From Deltaproteobacteria bacterium (lineage in GTDB: Bacteria > Desulfobacterota > Dissulfuribacteria > Dissulfuribacterales > QOAL01), in contig WFZW01000237.1 in the NCBI GenBank assembly GCA_015489365.1, positions 2,211 through 26,210 on the forward strand: DNA of 24,000 nucleotides. The letters run 5' to 3'. The position numbers were made by a program, and so were the translations under genes. Below, piece after piece: positions 9,535 to 18,200 of the stretch; the first letter of the stretch is position 1, and the number at the start of each line of letters is the position of its first letter. The notes beneath the pieces are model-generated. The model ran no database searches, was not told the DNA's origin, and saw only the letters and a program-made list of their open reading frames with translations.

Positions 9535-12500
9535 TCACATCAGCCCTTCTATCAACGCCTCGGTTAGGGCTACTGCCTTTGGATGCCTCATGATCATGAT
9601 TTCTCCGCCGGCCAACAGGAGCGTGGAGGCGGTGACCGCTTCCATTATTACGCCCCTTCGTTCCTGATCACCCAAGAGGACATCACTGGGAAGCCTGCAT
9701 TCCTTTGCCTTCCAGACCTCGCGTCCCAGATTTGCCACTATGGGTGCAGAAAGCTTTTCATCCTGCTGCGTCAGGGCGGCAAGCCTGATCCGTTCCATGA
9801 CCGAATAGGTATATTCAAGTCCATAACCCACTGCACCTATGGAGGGATCCATCAGGATATGATTCAGCGATACCCCCAGGTTTTCAAGCAGGATATTGAG
9901 TTGCTTTGCAAGGTTCACATCTATAGGGGTCGATGCGACCACTGGTAACTGAAAGGCCATGGCAGTGGCCCCAAGAGTCCTGTAGTTTGCATCGCTAAGC
10001 GGCCCTACACAAACCTTCTTATTGCCTATAAGGCTTGTAACTTCCCTCAGGGTCTCGGTGTCCTTGTCGGCATTGCCGCATCCCCATAGGATTACCGGGA
10101 CATCAACACCTTCCACGACCTCCTTGGCGATCTTTGCCGCATCGGATGCAGGGGCATCGGCCCCGTTCGGGTCCGTACTGATGAGGGACAGACATACAGC
10201 CTTTGCGTTGAATTCATCTACACATTTCCTTGCCCATTTAACAGGGTCATCAAGGCAATCGTCAAAATACCTGGTCAGCACATCAGGCCATTCCTCTGGT
10301 CTGCTATCCAGAACCTCAAAGGCCACGCGTGGCGGATTGGGCATATCGCCCTCGAAAAGATAAAATGGAAGTGTTGTCTCGCCACCAACGGCTATCGCCT
10401 TTTCTCCGTCTCCTATTATTACATCCTTGATCGATCCACTGCATGGCTCCTTGTAAAGATCCTCAGAGATGGACCCTGCCCTTTCTGCAAGGCTCCTGGT
10501 CTCCTTTTCAAGCCCTGGGACCTCCAGTGAGCCGACCCCCTCATGTTCCGGCGCACCGCTAAGCTTTGCCCTTGGAGCGGGCCTAGGTGCCTCCTCGGCC
10601 TCCTTCTTCTCCTCCTTGGGGGCAGCTTCCTCTACTTCTGGGGCCTTTTCCTCCACAACCTTTACCTCGGTTGGAGGGGCTTCTTTTTTCTCCTCTGGAG
10701 CAGGTTCCTTCACCTCGGCAGCAGCCTTTTCCGCACTGACCTCAGGAACATGAATTCCCTTGCCTGTCTTGGCCCTTTCAAGGCCTTCCTTTGCCTTTTC
10801 ATCCCCAGGATCCAGCTCCAATGCCTTTTTAAAGGCCTCTATGGCGCCATCGTTGTCCCCCTTCATCAAGCGGACATTTCCCATGGCCACATAACGTACT
10901 ACCCATTTCCTTGACCACTCTTCAGGGGTAAACTCCTCGGGACACGGCGGCAGGCCCTCTGCAGGTGGGATGGCTTCCTCCTTTGCCTCCGCTGGCCCTG
11001 CCTCCTTTTCGGCCAGCAGTGCCTTTGCCTTGTTCAGCCCTTCAAGGGCCTTTTCGTCCTCAGGGGCAATCTCAAGGGCCTCCTTAAAGGCATTCAATGC
11101 CTCTTCCACCTTATTCTTGTGGAGCAGCACGTTGGCCTTGGCCACCAGATTGACCACCTCTTTCTGACGACGGACCGCTGTCTCTCTCGTCTCTGCTTCC
11201 CTTGCCTCCTCCGAGGCTTCAGCCACAGGTACCTCTACCGGAGGCGGTGTCACAGCCGCCGTTGTAACCGGCTGGGCCACCTGTCCGAGCTGCAATAGAA
11301 ATTCTGCCTCTAGAAAACGCCTGAGGGCCTCGAACTGATCCTCGTTCAGGCCGAGCACCCTTTGCAACGCCTTGAGACCGAGATTCAATGAGCTTAAGGC
11401 CTCTTGTTCCCTGGGACTCAGTTTTCCCGATGATATACCTTCTGTCATAGTACCCTGATCGAATCCTGTATGAGAGGTTGATGCAGGCCTGCCCACGGCC
11501 TCTCCTACGGCGGCCTCAAGGGGGCCTGCCTGCTGCAATTTTTCCTTTGTCTCTTCCAATTCAGCGGTGAGCCTCTTGACCTCAGCCGCATGCCTTGCCG
11601 CCGAATCCTTCATCTCCTCCAGTTCCTTGCGCAATCCGGCGATCTCTGATGAGGCCTTCTCCTTTTCCTTGATCAAAAGTCCCCTGGATGCCTCTGCCTC
11701 TGATCTGGCCTTTTTAAGTTCCTTTTCGATCTCATCCCTCACCTCATGTCTTGCCCGCTCCACGGCCTCTTCTATGGCAGCGGTCGAAACAAGCCTTGGC
11801 TCAATACCCTGAGGCTCGGGTCTTGGACCCAGGCCGGCACGTTTTACGATCTCCGGCACGGCCTCTTCCCATTCTATGGCCATTATGTGAACGCCAGAGA
11901 CCCCTTCGATCTCCTTCACCCGATTGACTATGTCCACACAGATGTTGATTCCCTCTTCCCTTTGATCCTTTGCATCGGAAAGACGATCGATCACCTCGTC
12001 CGTAACATCCAGGCCTGGCACGAACCTTTTCATGTACCTGGCCATCCCCAGGGACTTGGGAGGTGTTACACCGGCTAGTATGAAGACCTTTTCATGAAGA
12101 CCCAGATCCCTTACCATCTCCATGAATTTCGCAAACTTCTCCACATTATAAATGATCTGGGTCTGGATAAAGTTTGCACCGGCTGCCACCTTCTTGCCAA
12201 GCCTTATGGGCCGATACTCAAAGGGATCTGCAAAGGGATTGGCCGCTGCCCCAAGGAAGAGCTCTGGTTCGTTTGACTTAATCTCCTCGCCGCATTGGAA
12301 TCTCTTTTCATCCCGCATCTGCTTGACCATGCCAAGGAGCTGGATGGAATCCATGTCGAACACGCCCTTTGCCTGTGGATGGTTGCCAAACTTCTGATGG
12401 TCCCCGGTAAGGCAAAGAAGATTCTTGATGCCCAGGGCACTGGCCCCAAGGATATCGGCCTGGATACCGATCCGGTTCCTGTCGCGGCAGGTCATCTGCA

Positions 12501-12729
12501 TCACCGGTTCCACGCCCTCTGACAAGGCCAGGAGACCGGCTGCAAAACTGGACATCCTGACAATGGCTGTCTGACAATCCGTTATGTTAACAGCATCCAC
12601 ATGCCCTTTTAATATCCGGGCCTTCTTGCGGACAACCTCAAAGTCGCCACTTTTAGGCGGTCCAAGTTCTCCGGTAACGGCAAAGTTACCCGATCTCAGG
12701 ACCTGTTCTAGATTGCTTCCTGCTATCAC
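9535..12729 (-). CDS. metF/acsD: Fusion protein: methylenetetrahydrofolate reductase (MetF, aa 1-~300), a ~450-aa low-complexity/coiled-coil/TPR-like linker, and the corrinoid iron-sulfur protein small subunit (AcsD, aa ~765-1064)
   Basis: One uninterrupted 1064-codon ORF. The N-terminal part matches MetF (..VTGELGPPKS.., ..VNITDCQTA.., ..MTCRDRNRIGIQADILGA.., ..LLCLTGDHQ.., ..FIQTQIIYN..). The C-terminal part is collinear with AcsD/CdhD (..IAVGGETTLPFYLFEG.., ..WPDVL.., ..VPVILWGCGN.., ..LAKQLNILLENLGVSLNHILMDPSIGAVGYGLEYTYSVMERIRLAAL.., ..IMIMRHPKAV..). The start is GTG at 12729, 9 nt after GGGAGGA, and overlaps the metV stop (GTGA). Confidence 0.9.
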   Translation of the reverse strand: MIAGSNLEQVLRSGNFAVTGELGPPKSGDFEVVRKKARILKGHVDAVNITDCQTAIVRMSSFAAGLLALSEGVEPVMQMTCRDRNRIGIQADILGASALGIKNLLCLTGDHQKFGNHPQAKGVFDMDSIQLLGMVKQMRDEKRFQCGEEIKSNEPELFLGAAANPFADPFEYRPIRLGKKVAAGANFIQTQIIYNVEKFAKFMEMVRDLGLHEKVFILAGVTPPKSLGMARYMKRFVPGLDVTDEVIDRLSDAKDQREEGINICVDIVNRVKEIEGVSGVHIMAIEWEEAVPEIVKRAGLGPRPEPQGIEPRLVSTAAIEEAVERARHEVRDEIEKELKKARSEAEASRGLLIKEKEKASSEIAGLRKELEEMKDSAARHAAEVKRLTAELEETKEKLQQAGPLEAAVGEAVGRPASTSHTGFDQGTMTEGISSGKLSPREQEALSSLNLGLKALQRVLGLNEDQFEALRRFLEAEFLLQLGQVAQPVTTAAVTPPPVEVPVAEASEEAREAETRETAVRRQKEVVNLVAKANVLLHKNKVEEALNAFKEALEIAPEDEKALEGLNKAKALLAEKEAGPAEAKEEAIPPAEGLPPCPEEFTPEEWSRKWVVRYVAMGNVRLMKGDNDGAIEAFKKALELDPGDEKAKEGLERAKTGKGIHVPEVSAEKAAAEVKEPAPEEKKEAPPTEVKVVEEKAPEVEEAAPKEEKKEAEEAPRPAPRAKLSGAPEHEGVGSLEVPGLEKETRSLAERAGSISEDLYKEPCSGSIKDVIIGDGEKAIAVGGETTLPFYLFEGDMPNPPRVAFEVLDSRPEEWPDVLTRYFDDCLDDPVKWARKCVDEFNAKAVCLSLISTDPNGADAPASDAAKIAKEVVEGVDVPVILWGCGNADKDTETLREVTSLIGNKKVCVGPLSDANYRTLGATAMAFQLPVVASTPIDVNLAKQLNILLENLGVSLNHILMDPSIGAVGYGLEYTYSVMERIRLAALTQQDEKLSAPIVANLGREVWKAKECRLPSDVLLGDQERRGVIMEAVTASTLLLAGGEIMIMRHPKAVALTEALIEGLM

Positions 12730-13394
12730 GGTAGCAAGTCCTCCCTGATTCTTCGGCGCGGCCCGCCGTGACCGGCTGTAGTCCAGTCCCGAATGGGCGT
12801 TATATCCTTCAAAAGTTTATCCTGCTTCTGCTCCATCAACCTGTCGTGGATCCGGTGCCACACGCATGGGACATTCGGGTCGATTTCACATCTACCGCCA
12901 ACAGATCCGCCACAGGGACCATTTGACAACCTCTTGGCACACCTGGCAACAGGACATAACCCACCTGTAAGATGAAGTACACAGGAACCACAGCCTGCAC
13001 ACAATTCTATCCATTCCCCACTGCTCAAGTTGGCACCGTAGAAGGTGGTATTGAGGGCAGGCAATACCCGCACCCCTGGACAACGATCCGCGATGAAGTT
13101 GACGCCCACGCCACATGCAGTGGACAAGACGGCGTCAAACTGTTTCCCTCTCTCCTTTAAAGGCTCCAGGTACTCTGGATCGCACTGCCTGACCAGGGTA
13201 TCTGTATCGATCTCTATCTGCTGACCGGCCTTTTTTCGCCCAAGACGGAGGGCGGAGGCGATTATATCCACTTCCTTGTCGCCCCCGGCTGAGCACACAG
13301 CCACACAGCCCCTGCAACCAAGGACCAGCAGCCGGTTGATCCCGGAAATCATGTCCAGGATCTCGTTCATAGGTTTTCTCTCTGCGATGATCAT
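12726..13394 (-). CDS. metV: MetV, Cys-rich small subunit accompanying MetF (methylene-THF reductase C-terminal-domain family)
   Basis: 222 aa with clustered Cys motifs (LGCRGCVAVC, CAGCGSCVL..GGLCPVARCAKRLSNGPCGG..GRCE). It lies directly upstream of metF and is translationally coupled to it, as in acetogen metVF loci. Confidence 0.85.
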   Translation of the reverse strand: MIIAERKPMNEILDMISGINRLLVLGCRGCVAVCSAGGDKEVDIIASALRLGRKKAGQQIEIDTDTLVRQCDPEYLEPLKERGKQFDAVLSTACGVGVNFIADRCPGVRVLPALNTTFYGANLSSGEWIELCAGCGSCVLHLTGGLCPVARCAKRLSNGPCGGSVGGRCEIDPNVPCVWHRIHDRLMEQKQDKLLKDITPIRDWTTAGHGGPRRRIREDLLP

Positions 13395-13412
13395 GACAGG
13401 TACTCCATGGAA

Positions 13413-13805
13413 CTAACGGTGAATGGACTCAGCGTCGCTGAGTACAGAGGACATGTGCCTGGCTGCCTCCACTATTGGTTCGGTCTCGCCCCTGGATGCA
13501 AAGAACATCTCCAGCCGGGCAGGATCTATGCCCAACTCATCGAGTATCTTCTTGGCATAGCCAACCCTCTTGGCTGCCCTCTGGCTTCCAGACAGATTGT
13601 GGCATTTGTCAATCTGGCATCCGGCCACAAAGACTGCCTCTGCCCCCTGCTCAAAGGCGTCAAGCAGGGTATTGATCTCTAGCTTTCCGGTACACGGCAA
13701 CCTTTTTATCCTGAGCCCCTCAGGGACCAGGCCGGCCTTTTTCAAGGTATCCACATCGACACTTGAGGTATAATTACAACAAAAACCAAGAATTACATCG
13801 CTCAT
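13413..13805 (-). CDS. mvhD: MvhD/FlpD-family iron-sulfur protein (all-Cys paralogue)
   Basis: 130 aa with ..ILGFCCNYTS.., ..RLPCTGKLE.., ..GAEAVFVAGCQIDKCHNLSG.. (MvhD signature). The ATG overlaps the upstream stop (ATGA at 13802-13805). Confidence 0.88.
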   Translation of the reverse strand: MSDVILGFCCNYTSSVDVDTLKKAGLVPEGLRIKRLPCTGKLEINTLLDAFEQGAEAVFVAGCQIDKCHNLSGSQRAAKRVGYAKKILDELGIDPARLEMFFASRGETEPIVEAARHMSSVLSDAESIHR

Positions 13806-14353
13806 ACCATTGTCCCCTTCTCCTCAAGGGACGGTGCCAGAGAGATGGCCTCGGCAGGACATTCCAGCACACAAATACCACATCCCTTGCAAAGTTCTGG
13901 CTCTATATATGCGTAGCCCTCATCGGCAATATGGGGCGCACCGAAGGGACACAGCCTGACACAGGTTAGGCAGGCAACGCACTTGCCCGCATCTACCCTG
14001 GCAAACTGTCCAAGTGCAGCAAGCATCTCGGTGGTTACCTTGCCCCTTGCTACTGCTTCCTGCCTGAGGGCCTTGATCACGTCGCTGCAGCGTACTTGCT
14101 GGGGACAGACGGGAACACAGCTCTGGCACTGGGAACATGCCCATATCACATCCGTACCCAGAAGCTGGTCTGTAAGCCCGAGCGCTACCATGTGAACGAT
14201 CTTTCTAGGATCAAATTCCGGCACCACCTTTTCTACAGGGCACACACCACTGCATGCCCCGCAGGCAAAGCAGCGCGCTACTGTCTCACATCCTGATTGG
14301 GTGGAAATCTCCCTCTCCAACCCATGGTCCAATTTAGCTGCCTGAATAGTCAT
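13802..14353 (-). CDS. HdrC-like 2x[4Fe-4S] domain fused to a 2x[4Fe-4S] ferredoxin domain
   Basis: 183 aa with four CxxCxxCxxxCP motifs. CFACGACSGVCP and CSQCQSCVPVCP are separated by a helical spacer of about 40 aa, the HdrC-type arrangement. CVACLTCVRLCP and CKGCGICVLECP follow. Confidence 0.8.
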   Translation of the reverse strand: MTIQAAKLDHGLEREISTQSGCETVARCFACGACSGVCPVEKVVPEFDPRKIVHMVALGLTDQLLGTDVIWACSQCQSCVPVCPQQVRCSDVIKALRQEAVARGKVTTEMLAALGQFARVDAGKCVACLTCVRLCPFGAPHIADEGYAYIEPELCKGCGICVLECPAEAISLAPSLEEKGTMV

Positions 14354-14361
14354 TTTATATT

Positions 14362-14446
14362 CCCAAAACTTTCATGCGGCCCTTATCCCTGGTGCCGCAC
14401 CCTTGGTCATGAAAATACAGCCCTTACCCGAGATGTATTTTCACGG
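14362..14446 (-). promoter_or_regulatory. Recurrent leader element, copy 1 (upstream of the hdrC-like gene)
   Basis: Transcribed strand: CCGTGAAAATACATCTCGGGTAAGGGCTGTATTTTCATGACCAAGGGTGCGGCACCAGGGATAAGGGCCGCATGAAAGTTTTGGG. It fills most of the 112-nt gap between the mvhD(Sec) stop and the hdrC-like ATG. Confidence 0.6.
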
Positions 14447-14465
14447 TAAATAAACCGGACATGCC

Positions 14466-15272
14466 CTATGCCGTCATCAAGACCCAGCCGGCTTCATCCT
14501 GGCTGATCTTCTTCCTCCTGGAAAGGCCCTCCAGGATCTTTTGAATCTCGTCTCCGGATGCCCCGGTTGCCTCGGCAAGGTGACCTTCGTCCATGGCCCC
14601 CTCCTCCTTCAGCAGAATAAGCACCTCTTCGGTTATCCTCTGCTGTCTTATCGCGGGCAAAACCTTCTTTGCCACCCCTGCCTCTATAGCTTCTGGGGTG
14701 TAATCACCACCCTTGTGAAGGCCCTTTGACAGGGTGCCCAGTGAGGTGCGGGGCTTCCTGGCCGATGCAGCCCTGACTGCGGCCTTAAGACGCCTGTCGA
14801 TAACTGGCTTGGCCTCTTCGCCCTCACCGGTTCCAAGGGCACCCATCCCCTTGATTCTCTTTACATATCCCGTGATCAACTCGACAAATCGCGGGGCCTC
14901 GGCTGCAGACGCCCAGTCGAGAGACAGCCTCTCTGGCTCCACCCCTATATCCTTCAGGGTCTGACGGCAGGTCTCTGCAACTACCATGGCTTCGTAATTA
15001 CCAGACTGGTAATGACATTCACCCAAGTGTCACCCGCCTGTAAACACCCCGTCGGCACCACATCGGAAGGCCTCGAGAACAAACCGCACGTCTATGCGGC
15101 CGGTACACATCACCCTTATGACCCTGACGTTAGGTGGATACTGATACCTGGATACTCCTGCCGAATCAGCCGCTGCATAACAGCACCAGTGACAAAAAAA
15201 CCCCAATATATGTGGATCGAAGCCCTCCCGGGTCATTTCATTCTCCTTCAAGTTCGCTTTTTCTTGACTCAT
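14466..15272 (-). CDS. mvhD: MvhD/FlpD-family protein with selenocysteine (TGA at 15030-15032) and a ~125-aa C-terminal extension; 268 aa
   Basis: ORFs 15030..15272 and 14466..15026 are in frame, separated only by TGA-CAC. Readthrough gives ..[47 protein letters not shown].., the MvhD/VhuD G[C/U]HxGxCHY box. The start ATG lies 3 nt after the hdrA stop. Confidence 0.85.
14997..15013 (-). promoter_or_regulatory. Candidate SECIS hairpin for the mvhD UGA
   Basis: RNA: UGA CAC UUG GGU GAA UGU C-AUUACC-AGUCU-GGUAAU. This is a 6-7 bp stem with a GUC-containing loop, starting 16 nt after the UGA. Confidence 0.5.
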
Positions 15273-15275
15273 GGA

Positions 15276-18200
15276 CTATGCCTCGTCTTCACACTTCCCA
15301 CCAGAAAATGCATGGATCTGGGCAAGGATTTCCTGATCTGTAAAGCCCCCCATGGAAATCGCAAGGGTTGGACAGTGGGAGGCGCATATACCGCATCCCT
15401 TACATGAAGCGGTAATGGTTTGGGCCTTACGCCTCTTATTCACCTTGACCAGCCTTATGGCGTTAAACGGACATAGGCTTTCACAGATACCACAGCCTAT
15501 ACATGTTTTCTGATCCACCTGGGAGACTATGGGGGCCACTGCCACCTTGCCCTTGGCGAGGGGAATCACTGCCTTTGCTGCCGCGGCCTTGGCCTGTGCA
15601 ATGGACTCGTCCAGAGACTTTGGCCCGTGTGCGAGTCCACAAAGATAGAACCCATCCACTGCGACCTCCACCGGCCTGAGCTTCGCATGGGCCTCCAGGA
15701 AGAAGCCATCGGAGGTCAAGGGGGCCTTGATAACCTTGGCCAGTTCGACATTGTCCCCTGGGGCTATCCCGGTCGAAAGTACAACGAGGCTTGCCGGGAT
15801 CTCTATATCCTCGCCCATCAGGCGGTCAAAGCCCTTTACCGCTATCCCCCTGCCACGTCTTACGACCTCTGGCCGCCTATCAGGCATATAACGAAGGAAT
15901 ACGATACCCTTCTCTCTAGCCTCCCTGTAGAGGTCTTCGTGAAAACCATACGTGCGTATGTCTCGGAAAAATATGTATATATTGGTATCAGGGCTGTGTT
16001 CCTTGATCATCAAGGCATTTTTTATGGCCTGGGAGCAACAAAGCCTGCTGCAATGCTTGAGATCCTCCCCACGACTGCCCACGCACTGGATCATGACCAC
16101 GTTCCTGGCATTCTTGAGGAACGCCTTGCCACGTTTGAGCTTTTCTTCCAGTTCAAGCTGGGTCATGACCCGGTTGTTCTCACCATAGAGATATCCCGAA
16201 GGCTTATATTCCCTGGCCCCGGTTGCAAGGACTGCCACACCGTGATTTATCACCTTGGTCTTGCCCTTGGAGTTGATAGTAGTTGTAAAATTCCCAACGT
16301 AACCGGAGATGGATTCCACCTGGGACTCAAGCTGGACATGTATATTTGGATGATCCTTGACCTTCTTCTTCAAGCTATCCAACACGGATGACGCATCCTG
16401 CCCGTCCAGGGTCCATGCAAGCCTACTGAGATTTCCGCCAAGTTTCCTGCCCTTTTCCACGAGTACGCACCTGTACCCCTGGTCAGCAATACTTATGGCC
16501 GCTGTCATCCCCGCGGCCCCTCCACCTATAACCAGTGCATTGGGGGTGACATCCACGGTTGGCTGGGCAAGGGGCTCAAGGAGCCTTGCCTTGGCAACTG
16601 CCATGCGAACCAGGTCCTTCGATTTCTCGGTAGCGGCCTCAGGCTCCTGGGAATGTACCCAGGCACATTGATCCCTGATGTTCGCCATCTCTATGAGGGC
16701 AGGGTTCAACCCAATGGAACGCAAGGTCTCCTGGAACAGGGGTTCGTGGGTCCTGGGGGAACAGGCCGCGATAACTACCCTGTTGAGCCTGTTTTCCTTT
16801 ATCTTCTCCGCAATGCTCTTTAGGGCATCCTGTGAACAGGAATAGAGGGTATCTTCGTATAAGACCACCCCTGGAAGGGAACCGGCATAGTCCCTTACTG
16901 CCTTTACATCCACGGTGCCGGCTATGTTTACGCCACAGTGACAGACAAAGACCCCGATCCTGGGCTCTTCTGCCTCGATAGCCTTGTCCTCTTCGGGGTA
17001 TGTCACGCTTATGGTACAGGTATTGCGACTCTCGGCAAGAAGCTCACTGGCCATTGCCGCAACGCCTGAGGCCTGGGTAACACTTTCCGGGATATCCTTT
17101 GGCCCCTGGAATGCCCCTGCCACGTAAATACCCTCTCTTGTAGTGGCAAGTGGGGCACCTGCGGTGGTCTTACAGAAATCGTAATGATTAAGCTTGATGT
17201 CTGCCAATTCAGCAATCGACTGGGCATCCTCAGGTGAATCCAGCCCCACTGATAGGACTACCATGTCAAAAAGATCGGAGTGTGACTTGCCGTCATCTGT
17301 AGTCCAGGTCAGGGCCAGCATCCCGTCTACTTGTTCAACCCTTGGGACCCTTGCCCTGATTACGTGCAAACCATATTTTTCCTGGGCCCGCTGGCGTGCC
17401 TCGTCAAAGCCCTTTCCCTGGGTCCTGACGTCCATGAAGAAAAGCGAGATGTCCAGATCCGGTTCATGTTCCTTGGCAACCGAGGCCTCCTTGATGGCAT
17501 ACATACAACATACGGTGGAACAGTAGCCATTCCCGCATGTCTCATCCCTTGAGCCGATACATTGGAGAAAGGCAATTTTCCTGGGTGTCTTGTTATCAGA
17601 GGGACGTACTATGTGGCCCTCGGTTGGACCGGAGGCACAGGTCAGGCGCTCGAACTCGTAGCTGGTCACCACATCGGGATAGCGACCATAGCCGAATCTT
17701 TCAAGGACAGAGCTATCCACCCTGCCAAACCCGGGTGCAAGCACTACTGCCCCTACCTCGAGTGCATGCTCCTTAGGTTTTTGTGAAAAATCTATTGCCT
17801 TGGCCGTACAGGTCTGGGCACACAGGTTGCATGTTTCGTAGTTTACCCGCAAGCAGGCCTTGGCATCTATATAATAGCTCGATGGGATTGCCTGGGCATA
17901 ATCTATATGGGGTGCCCTCGTAACCTCCAGTCTTTCATTGTAGGTATCCACTACCGGCCTTGGACAATACATGGTGCACATACCGCAGGCAGTACACTTG
18001 TCTTCATCAATAAACCTTGGCTCCTGATGCACCCTTGCCACAAATTGTCCGGGTTTACCCTCAAGGGCCTCAAGCCTTGCGTTACTGAGTATTTCGATAT
18101 TTGGAGACCGACCGGCCTCAACCAACTTTGGCGCAAGGATTCACAAGGAACAATCGTTGGTAGGGAAGGTCTTATCCAACTGGGCCATGACCCCGCCCAC

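Noticed and set aside
10469-11167. Ser/Ala/Phe-rich plus-strand ORFs (10469..10753, 10543..10914, 10970..11167)
   Set aside because: These are antisense reading frames of the Glu/Lys/Ala-rich linker codons of metF::acsD. Their low-complexity composition mirrors the sense strand.
14385-14400. Sigma-54 promoter reading of the conserved GGCAC...GC in the element
   Set aside because: The GG-N10-GC spacing required for -24/-12 promoters is not met in any copy (off by at least 1 nt, with no TTGC at -12). Copy 4 lacks GGCAC altogether.
14431-14446. Rex (TGTGAA-N4-TTCACA) operator in the CGTGAAAATAC boxes of copies 1 and 4
   Set aside because: Only the TTCACG half-site is present; the partner half-site scores 0-1 of 6. 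Only the acsB-proximal site (9437-9452) reaches 9 of 12, and it is reported separately at low interest.
15024-15032. Two small adjacent ORFs (80 aa and 186 aa) that could be annotated as separate hypothetical proteins or as a frameshifted mvhD
   Set aside because: They are in frame and separated only by TGA-CAC. The 186-aa ORF start is an artefactual TTG. The junction reconstitutes the MvhD G[C/U]HxGxCHY box.
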